Shown here: positions 56,861-64,000 of the stretch, in pieces
Numbering within the stretch: position 1 is the stretch's first letter
How the letters are laid out: each line of letters begins with the position of its first letter
Source of the DNA: Desulfatiglandales bacterium
GTDB taxonomy: Bacteria > Desulfobacterota > DSM-4660 > Desulfatiglandales > Desulfatiglandaceae
Assembly (NCBI GenBank): GCA_963662465.1
Contig: OY759599.1
Coordinates: 7,424,001-7,488,000, forward strand
DNA length: 64,000 nt
Reading direction: 5' to 3'
The notes under the pieces: generated by a model
What the model saw: only the letters and a program-made list of their open reading frames with translations
What the model was told of the DNA's origin: nothing
Databases searched by the model: none
Translations under genes and position numbers: made by a program

Positions 56861-59054
56861 CAGGCACCATTTCCTTTGCTTTCTGGATAAATTGATAATG
56901 AAGGATACCCTCCATTATGCCGCCGGCATGGGATTTTTTGGCAAAATAGATCTGTTTTGCAGTTCTCAGCGTTTCAAGCTCCGGGCTGTAATTTCCCACT
57001 ACAACCCCCAAGGGTTCTCCTTTCAACATTTCTGCATCATTGCCTGAATCACCGCACACCAAAATGTTTTTCAACGGGACTCCCCATTTATAGCTCAGGT
57101 ACCGGATGGCTTTTCCCTTTGAAGCCCTGTACGGCAAAATATCCAAATGCTGATCCTGGGAATAGATCAGGGTGTATTTAAATCTGTTTTGGGTCAATGC
57201 GTGGTGAATCCCGGCCAGTCTGTCCTTCCCCGGCGCCATGGTATAACTGAGTTTATACGCACTTTGAGCGCTTGCTTCCTGGGGACGGATAAAATCAATC
57301 TCTTTGAGTATAGAGGCGATCAGGTCCGGGTCCCAGTTTTTTGAGATATGGGTTTCCCACCCCTTGTCAAGGTCCAGGGAATCACCATAGCTGATCCGAC
57401 TGCCCACGCCGGAAACAATAATGTCCGGTATCCTTATCCCGTGAGTGTTCAGAATATCCAGGGCAGATTCAAACATCCTTCCCGTGGCCACACCAAACCC
57501 TATCTTCCCCGCGTTTTTTTCAAGCAGATCCATTAAAGCATGCAGCTCTTCCGGGTTTCCCCCCAAAAGGGTGTTGTCAATATCGGTGATCAGCATATAA
57601 TCGAGTTTTGCCAGCCGCTTGCCAATGCTTTCCTTTGGTTCTACTGCGGTGATAAACGATTTCTCATATTGGCGGCAGACTTCCTTCATCTCCGTGCAAT
57701 AGGATTTGGCGTGACTCACCCAGGAATAAAATTTCCGGGTATTCAGGATGCCGTTTTTTGAAAATTGATGCCACTTATCCGAGTGAACAATGATGTCCTT
57801 GATAGCAGAAGCCATTTCCAGCGTGTTTGTGGGATCCACCAGTGTGCCCGTCCGGCAATTGTGAACAATATCCCTCGGACCGCCGTCATTGGTGGTAACA
57901 ATGGGCAGACCGCAGGCCAGCGCTTCCAGCAGGGTCAAGCCAAAAGGCTCTGTCAACGCGGGATTGACAAATACGCCCCGTTTTTCCGCTGCAATTCGGT
58001 AAAGTTCAGGGACCTCATGCTCAAAATCATGTTTCTTGGGGATGGCCATTTTTCCATACAGATTGTACTTGTCCATTAACAGCAGCATTTGCGTAAGGAC
58101 ATCCCGCTCGGTTTCCTCTTTATCGGAAATATCTTTCCGGATACCGGCAAATATGGCAAGGTTTGCCATGGCTTGGAGTTCGGCATCTTCACCATAGGCT
58201 TTTACCAGACCCTGGATATTTTTCCGTTTGTCCGGACGACAGAGAACCAGAATCATGGGTTTATCCGGGTGGGTAAAAAATCGGTTCAATTCCTGAATTA
58301 CCGATGCCTTGGCAAACAGAGCCTCTTCTTCTTCCCGGCTGCTGGAAAAGGTATCATGGTAATAGGGATAAAACCGCTCAATACCGATACCCGGTGGAAT
58401 GACCTTATACGTCGGCAGGGTCCGATTTCGGTACATCTCATACTGACCTTCAATTTCCTGGCGGGTGCTGGTAATGACCCGGTTCGCGGATTTAAGGATA
58501 TGTTCCTCTGTATCAATCCGATGATCAATTTTCAGTTTTCGATTCATCTCAATGAGATCATATCCATCCTCAAGCAGCCGTGCTTTCTTGGACCGGCCCA
58601 GGGAATGCCCGGTATAGACCAGGGGAACACCAAAGAAACTACCCAGCTCCATGGCCACATGCCCCGCGTCCGGGTAGTGGCCGTGAACAATATCCGGAAT
58701 ATCTTTTTCCTGCCGGATAAAAATAATGGTTTTATCCACAAATTCATCCAAATGGGGCCAGAGCAATTCTTTGCGAATATATTTTTTCCCCCCACACTGA
58801 ATCCGTACGATACGGAACTTATCATTCACCTGTTCCAGGGGCTGTGCATAATCATCAGAATAGGATTTATCCTTGATCAGCCGCGTGAACAAATCTATTT
58901 TTCGGATCTGGTCAGAGACAGACAGTGCCCTGCACAATTCCACCACATATTTGATCTGACCGCCGGTGTCTGCATCATATCCCAACTCCATGTTTTCGGC
59001 CCGTACGAGTCCATGAATGCTGAACATCTGAACATATAGGCCTTTTTGTTTCAT
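56850..59054 (-). CDS. Sucrose-phosphate synthase fused to a HAD-IIB (SPP-like) domain
   Basis: SIHGLVR..NMELG.DADTGGQ.KYVVEL, FVNPALTEPFGLTLLEA; HAD domain TDIDNTL, ATGR, SKG.A, GDSGND. Confidence 0.9.
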   Translation of the reverse strand: MKQKGLYVQMFSIHGLVRAENMELGYDADTGGQIKYVVELCRALSVSDQIRKIDLFTRLIKDKSYSDDYAQPLEQVNDKFRIVRIQCGGKKYIRKELLWPHLDEFVDKTIIFIRQEKDIPDIVHGHYPDAGHVAMELGSFFGVPLVYTGHSLGRSKKARLLEDGYDLIEMNRKLKIDHRIDTEEHILKSANRVITSTRQEIEGQYEMYRNRTLPTYKVIPPGIGIERFYPYYHDTFSSSREEEEALFAKASVIQELNRFFTHPDKPMILVLCRPDKRKNIQGLVKAYGEDAELQAMANLAIFAGIRKDISDKEETERDVLTQMLLLMDKYNLYGKMAIPKKHDFEHEVPELYRIAAEKRGVFVNPALTEPFGLTLLEALACGLPIVTTNDGGPRDIVHNCRTGTLVDPTNTLEMASAIKDIIVHSDKWHQFSKNGILNTRKFYSWVSHAKSYCTEMKEVCRQYEKSFITAVEPKESIGKRLAKLDYMLITDIDNTLLGGNPEELHALMDLLEKNAGKIGFGVATGRMFESALDILNTHGIRIPDIIVSGVGSRISYGDSLDLDKGWETHISKNWDPDLIASILKEIDFIRPQEASAQSAYKLSYTMAPGKDRLAGIHHALTQNRFKYTLIYSQDQHLDILPYRASKGKAIRYLSYKWGVPLKNILVCGDSGNDAEMLKGEPLGVVVGNYSPELETLRTAKQIYFAKKSHAGGIMEGILHYQFIQKAKEMVPDEN

Positions 59055-59161
59055 CTTAGTTCTCCAATCTTTTTTTAAATTCCCGGTAAATTGCCGAATC
59101 CTGAATCAATGCTCTGGAAAAATGAAGAGTAATCCTGGGAAACAGTCAAATATGCTTGACA

Positions 59162-60307
59162 TCACCGACTCAATACCACAACCCTCAGCTCCGCACCCAG
59201 ATCATTTATTTCCAGCTCATTTCGATTTAACGCTTTCAGTTTTCGGTTACACCGGATGATGCCCCGACCGATGCTCTCCACATAACCAAAATCTTTGAGG
59301 ACCTGCATGATGATGGGGTTGCGGTAATAGGAGACCCCCATCATCATCCGTTCCACAGTAATGGTATTGGGAAGCGTCCCCGGACTTCGCATTTCCAGGC
59401 GGTCGCTAAAAATCATGAGTCTGTTGAAAGCCCCCCAGATGGAATAGTCCCGGTGTGCAATGGCATTGGCAATCAGTTCGCGGACAATCGAGGCCGGATA
59501 TTGTTCAAGGTCGCTTCGTTTAACGCCGTTTTCAAAGGCCACATCAGTTCTGGAATTCCGTTCCACAAAACGCAGCAACCCCTCCATGACCTCGGTCACG
59601 GCGCCGGAGAATTCCTTCAACTCCACAATATGAGTTGATTCATCCGTTCCCATGAAACAGGCTGCCTGGCAGATACTCTGGGGAAGGAACTTTTTCGGAT
59701 TGTTTCCGAATAGAATAAGCCCGGAAATATTGGGCACATAATCACCATTGACACGAACCACCAGGTTGAGGTTATCCAATACTTGCGGGTATGCCTCTTC
59801 TGGAAATTCATCAATCTGTCGAATTTCCTTCATGTACCGGTTCAAATACCCCCGGTTAAGATCATTGACATCGGCTCCGTAAACAGGTTTTGTTTCGTAG
59901 TGAACCATTTCACCATTCTGAAAAAGACGGGCCAATTCCTCATTGGTGGGTTCAACAGAGCTAGAGCCTGCTCGAACATAAAATTTTCCCGTTGTTTTCA
60001 CTTTATAAGGTTTGTTGAAACCTTTGGGGATTTCCACCACCAGAATTTCCTTGCCATCGACATCCAAAAATTCCGTTCGAGGCAGCACCGAAGGTGTGAT
60101 ATTGTTGCGGCATATCTGCACAATCCTTTCTTCAACTTTCCGATTTGTTGTGCCGATAATCGACCCGTTATCGCCCACACCCACAAGGAGCTTTCCCCCC
60201 ATAAAATTGGAAAAAGCCACCACCTCTTTTGCGATGCTATCGTTGCGAACTTCTTCTGTTTTGAACTCAAGGACTGAGCTTTCACCCATTCGAATAATGT
60301 CTTTCAT
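59162..60307 (-). CDS. AlbA_2 (Schlafen-like) domain + HATPase_c_4 protein
   Basis: GES..LEFK...KEVVAFSN..GG.LLVGV.D.G, FYVRAGSS, RELIANAIAHRDY, SPG.LP, RNP.I, ESIGRG. Confidence 0.88.
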   Translation of the reverse strand: MKDIIRMGESSVLEFKTEEVRNDSIAKEVVAFSNFMGGKLLVGVGDNGSIIGTTNRKVEERIVQICRNNITPSVLPRTEFLDVDGKEILVVEIPKGFNKPYKVKTTGKFYVRAGSSSVEPTNEELARLFQNGEMVHYETKPVYGADVNDLNRGYLNRYMKEIRQIDEFPEEAYPQVLDNLNLVVRVNGDYVPNISGLILFGNNPKKFLPQSICQAACFMGTDESTHIVELKEFSGAVTEVMEGLLRFVERNSRTDVAFENGVKRSDLEQYPASIVRELIANAIAHRDYSIWGAFNRLMIFSDRLEMRSPGTLPNTITVERMMMGVSYYRNPIIMQVLKDFGYVESIGRGIIRCNRKLKALNRNELEINDLGAELRVVVLSR

Positions 60308-60371
60308 ACCGTTGCCTCCAGATATTCAGCCTTCCGATTTCTCTGATGCCTCAGCAAACCGCTGCAGCGTC

Positions 60372-61901
60372 CTATCTCACCATCTTACGATCCAGGGTTC
60401 GGTATTGAATGGCCTCTCCCACATGGGATGCGCGCAATGCTTCGCTTCCTTCCAAATCCGCAATGGTGCGGGCAATCTTCAATATGCGGGCATGGGCCCG
60501 GGCGCTTAGACCGAACCGATCCATGGCCCGTTCCAGCAACGCTCCCGACTCGGCATCAATGGGGCAGAACTTCTTGATGTGACGGCTGTTCATGCCGGCG
60601 TTATTGAAAATTTTGGTTCGAGAAAACCGCGCCTCCTGAATATCCCTGGCCCTCATCACCCTTTCCAGGATCAACGCGGAAGACTCGCCATCTGAAATCC
60701 CCGCAAGGTCCCTGTAGGGGACTGCCGGCACCTCCAGATGAATGTCGATCCGGTCCAGCAAGGGTCCCGATATCTTGGCCCTGTATCGCTGAATCTGCAA
60801 GGTAGAGCAGGTGCATTCCCGTTTGGTATCGCCCAAAAATCCACAGGGACACGGATTCATGGCGGCTACAAGCATGAAATCCGCAGGATAGGAGACTGTG
60901 GATGTGGCCCTTGAAATGGTCACCTCGCCCTCTTCCATGGGCTGACGCAAAACCTCCAGAACATTCCTTCTGAACTCCGGCAATTCGTCCAAAAAAAGGA
61001 CGCCGTGGTGCGCCAGGCTAACCTGGCCGGGTTTGGGATGCTGGCCGCCGCCGATGAGTCCGGCATCGCTAATGGTGTGATGGGGGGATTGAAAGGGCCT
61101 GGCGGTAATCAGCCCGGCGCTATTGGGCATTATGCCCATTACACTATAAATCTTTGAAGTCTCAAGGGATTCCTCAAAACTCATGGGTGGCAGGATGGTG
61201 GGAATACGCTTGGCCAACATGGTTTTTCCGGAACCTGGGGGCCCGATCATGAGAAGATTATGGTTTCCCGCCGCCGCAATTTCGATGGCCCGTTTGGCGT
61301 GTTCCTGCCCCCTCACATCCAGAAAATCCACATGAAAAACCGTCGGTTCAAAGTGGTGGTTGATTTTCGCCTTGACCGGACTTAGCTTAACGGCACCTTT
61401 TAAGATGTCGATGACCTGGGAAAGGGTTTTTACGGGGAAGATGGGGATGTCATCCACGACCCCTGCCTCATTGGCGTTTTCTTTGGGTAAGAAGATACCC
61501 TTGAGACCTAGGTCTCTGGCGGCGATGGCCATGGACAAAACGCCCTTGACCGGACGAATCATACCGTCCAGAGCCAGTTCGCCCAAAAAAATATAGCCCG
61601 CATAGGCAGTATTGTCGATCAGGCCCGTTGCGGCAAGAATACCCAGGGCCATGGGAAGATCAAAGGCCGTGCCTTCTTTTTTGATGTCTGCCGGCGCCAG
61701 GTTTACCGTAATCCGGTCGGAAGGAAAGTGGTAACCTGAATTTTTTACCGCCGCCTTAACACGTTCTTTGCTTTCCCTGACGGCCCCTTCCGGCAAGCCA
61801 ACGGTGGAAAAAGAGGGAAGTCCCTGAGCGATGTCTACCTCAACCTCCACCACATAGGCATCAATGCCAATAACGGCGCTACTGAGAACCTTGGCCAGCA
61901 T
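60372..61901 (-). CDS. comM: YifB/ComM family Mg-chelatase-like AAA+ ATPase
   Basis: VGLPE.AVRES.ERV, NLAPADIKKEG..FDLP, GPPGSGKT, PHHTIS, GVLFLDE, AAMNPCPCG, SGPLLDRID; AAGGAGG before ATG 61901. Confidence 0.93.
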   Translation of the reverse strand: MLAKVLSSAVIGIDAYVVEVEVDIAQGLPSFSTVGLPEGAVRESKERVKAAVKNSGYHFPSDRITVNLAPADIKKEGTAFDLPMALGILAATGLIDNTAYAGYIFLGELALDGMIRPVKGVLSMAIAARDLGLKGIFLPKENANEAGVVDDIPIFPVKTLSQVIDILKGAVKLSPVKAKINHHFEPTVFHVDFLDVRGQEHAKRAIEIAAAGNHNLLMIGPPGSGKTMLAKRIPTILPPMSFEESLETSKIYSVMGIMPNSAGLITARPFQSPHHTISDAGLIGGGQHPKPGQVSLAHHGVLFLDELPEFRRNVLEVLRQPMEEGEVTISRATSTVSYPADFMLVAAMNPCPCGFLGDTKRECTCSTLQIQRYRAKISGPLLDRIDIHLEVPAVPYRDLAGISDGESSALILERVMRARDIQEARFSRTKIFNNAGMNSRHIKKFCPIDAESGALLERAMDRFGLSARAHARILKIARTIADLEGSEALRASHVGEAIQYRTLDRKMVR

Positions 61902-61990
61902 GTATGAGATCCTCCTTAGGATAATGCCGTTCACATAGCGTTTTGTAATAAACAGCGTCAATGATGAGAATTGCCGGAAAAAATTTATTC

Positions 61991-62019
61991 TTTACATTTA
62001 TCACAATAGGTTATATAAT
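61991..62019 (+). promoter_or_regulatory. Sigma70 promoter of rpoZ-dnaJ, inside a 9-bp inverted repeat
   Basis: TTTACA-N17-TATAAT; CTTTACATT...AATGTAAAG dyad at 61990-62025. Confidence 0.7.
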
Positions 62020-62095
62020 GTAAAGTTTATTTTCATAAAGAGATTTCATCCTATTCAAAGGATGATTTCTAACCAATCAAATTTAGGAGAATAAG

Positions 62096-62413
62096 ATGGC
62101 ACGAATCACAGTGGAAGATTGTCTGGATCGGGTGGATAATCGCTTCGGGTTGATCCATCTGGCAGCCAATCGCGTGCGTCAACTGAGAAAGGGCGCTGAG
62201 CCATTGGTTGTCTGCAAGAATAGAGACACCGTTGTGGCCCTCAGGGAAATCGCCGCTGGAAAAGTCTTTCAGATGGAGCCCAATAAGAAAAAAGCCCTGC
62301 CCGAAAACCCGCCGGATCTTCTTCTTGAAACCTTATCGGAAGAAAACAAACCTGAAGACATATATGCGGACGCAAAGGGACCAGATAAGACGTCCGATGA
62401 AAGCGAATCATGA
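62096..62413 (+). CDS. rpoZ: RNA polymerase subunit omega
   Basis: [22 protein letters not shown]...V.ALREIA.G. Confidence 0.95.
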   Translation: MARITVEDCLDRVDNRFGLIHLAANRVRQLRKGAEPLVVCKNRDTVVALREIAAGKVFQMEPNKKKALPENPPDLLLETLSEENKPEDIYADAKGPDKTSDESES

Positions 62414-63537
62414 ACAAACGCGATTATTATGAAATCCTGGGCGTTTCCAGAGAATCCGAAGAAGTGGAAATCAAGTCAGCCTATCGAAAGATGGCCCTCA
62501 AATATCATCCGGACCGAAACCCTGGAGACAAAGAGGCTGAAGAACAATTTAAAGAAGCCGCGGAAGCTTATAGCGTATTGACCGACGCTGAAAAAAAGCA
62601 GATCTATGACCGATTTGGCCATGAAGGTCTGGCAGGATCCGGCTTTAGTGGTTTCAGCGGTTTTGAAGATATTTTTTCAAATTTCGGAGACGTATTTGAA
62701 GGCATTTTCGGCTTTGGCGGGGGCAGCGGAAAAACCCGGGCCAGACAAGGGAAAGGCTTGAGATATGACCTGGTGTTAACCCTGGAAGAGGCCTTCCATG
62801 GAAAAGAGGCGGAGATCTCTTTTCACCGGCTGGAGGGATGTCCCACATGCCATGGTTCCGGCGCAAAGCCGGGTACTCAACCCGAAACCTGCCGCACTTG
62901 TCAAGGAAGGGGTCAGGTCATACGATCCCAGGGCTTTTTTCAGGTCAGCAGCACCTGTCCAGCCTGCCATGGGCAAGGTGAAATCATTTCTCAACCCTGC
63001 CCGGAGTGCGGGGGCGGCGGAAAGATCAGAGTTGAAAAAGAGATTCAGGTCAAAATCCCCGCCGGCGTGGACACGGGATCTCAACTCAGATTAAGAGGCG
63101 AAGGCGAATCCGGAGAAAACGGTGGGCCTCCGGGGGACCTTTTTGTGGTCATCCATGTAAAAGAACACGACTTTTTTGCCCGAGAAGATGAGAATCTGAT
63201 TTGTCAAATTCCCATATCATTTGTGCAGGCAACCCTGGGGGACACATTGCCCGTTCCCCTGCTGGGCGAGGAAGACTCCCATGAGCTTACGATTCCCAAA
63301 GGCACACAGCCCGGAGAGATCATTAAAGTTTCCGGGAAAGGGATGACCAGCTTACGGGGATTTCGAAAAAGAGGGGATCTTTACATTAAAATTGTGGTGA
63401 AGATACCCGAAAAACTGAACCAGCGACAAAAGGAATTACTGGAAGAGTTCGCTCATACGGAAGGACTGACCCTGTCCGGGAAAAAGAAAAAGGGTAAGAG
63501 CAAGGGTAAGGGTTTTTGGAAAAAGAAAGGCTCCTAA
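62410..63537 (+). CDS. dnaJ: Chaperone DnaJ
   Basis: J domain with HPD, G/F region, four CxxCxGxG repeats, [12 protein letters not shown]. Confidence 0.97.
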   Translation: MNKRDYYEILGVSRESEEVEIKSAYRKMALKYHPDRNPGDKEAEEQFKEAAEAYSVLTDAEKKQIYDRFGHEGLAGSGFSGFSGFEDIFSNFGDVFEGIFGFGGGSGKTRARQGKGLRYDLVLTLEEAFHGKEAEISFHRLEGCPTCHGSGAKPGTQPETCRTCQGRGQVIRSQGFFQVSSTCPACHGQGEIISQPCPECGGGGKIRVEKEIQVKIPAGVDTGSQLRLRGEGESGENGGPPGDLFVVIHVKEHDFFAREDENLICQIPISFVQATLGDTLPVPLLGEEDSHELTIPKGTQPGEIIKVSGKGMTSLRGFRKRGDLYIKIVVKIPEKLNQRQKELLEEFAHTEGLTLSGKKKKGKSKGKGFWKKKGS

Positions 63538-63701
63538 TGCGGCATAGCCGCGACCCAAAAAGATAGAAACCGGAATTCGCCAATAAATTTGAGCAATAAG
63601 GTTATTGAGAGCATGGTCGACGAACAAAATCGAAGTTTACATTATTGCGAAATGGTGATACGGAAAGATCGTTTATTTCTTGTCTTGAGATGGAGAGGAT
63701 G

Positions 63702-64000
63702 ATGCTAAACAAAAATGATCTGGAATATTACAAAGACTTGCTTGGAAAAAAACTGGATGGACTCCTTGATGAGGCCAACAAAACCGTTAGCGGTATGACA
63801 GACCATAGAGATAATTTTGCCGACCCTACTGACAGGGCCACATTGGAATCAGAACGAAATTTCACCCTGAGAATCAGGGACAGGGAAAGAAGGCTCATCG
63901 TAAAAATCAAAGAAGCGCTCAGCAGGATTGAAACCGGAAATTTTGGCATCTGTGAGGAATGCGGCGAGGATATTTCAGAACAACGACTAAACGCACGTCC
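63702..64000 (+). CDS. dksA: RNA polymerase-binding protein DksA (5' part, runs off the window; not in the ORF track)
   Basis: MLNKNDLEYYKDLL...FADPTDRATLESERNFTLRIRDRERRLI.KI..AL.RI..G.FGICEECGEDI...RL.AR; DxxDxA motif and first CxxC. Confidence 0.93.
   Translation, partial: MLNKNDLEYYKDLLGKKLDGLLDEANKTVSGMTDHRDNFADPTDRATLESERNFTLRIRDRERRLIVKIKEALSRIETGNFGICEECGEDISEQRLNAR

Noticed and set aside
58089..59039. 316-aa plus-strand ORF
   Set aside because: Antisense shadow of the sucrose-phosphate synthase.
60372..61901. comM disrupted by an integrated island
   Set aside because: The frame is intact, and no duplicated comM fragment or integrase was found.

Overview
Chromosomal window from what looks like a sulfate-reducing deltaproteobacterium (Desulfobacterota-like; inferred from gene content, not from a search). 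Housekeeping and signalling genes (MltF-like transglycosylase, maeB, ppdK, comM/yifB, rpoZ-dnaJ-dksA, LytS/LytTR, ZraPSR-like and hybrid two-component systems) alternate with accessory material. No rRNA, tRNA, CRISPR array, integrase or reverse transcriptase was seen. Main leads: (1) at 1-1.8 kb, a tightly coupled three-gene module ending in an R-S-H ADP-ribosyltransferase-like gene, beside a broken anti-phage SNF2-type helicase remnant, a candidate undescribed defence/toxin-antitoxin system; (2) at 41-46.4 kb, a cassette bracketed by 68-bp inverted repeats, carrying a frameshifted giant surface protein whose C-terminal FGE/CLec domain looks like a remote diversity-generating retroelement (DGR) target with a downstream stem-loop, plus a BrnT/BrnA pair; (3) a corrinoid protein + non-canonical MtaA-like protein + GAF/PAS sensor operon; (4) a signal-peptide-bearing RelA/SpoT-type nucleotidyltransferase; (5) a PEP-synthase paralogue that keeps its ATP-grasp and phospho-His domains but has lost the PEP/pyruvate active site; (6) an Rpn gene with an internal RBS/ATG; (7) a sucrose-phosphate synthase/phosphatase + sucrose phosphorylase pair. 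All family calls come from recognising motifs by eye.
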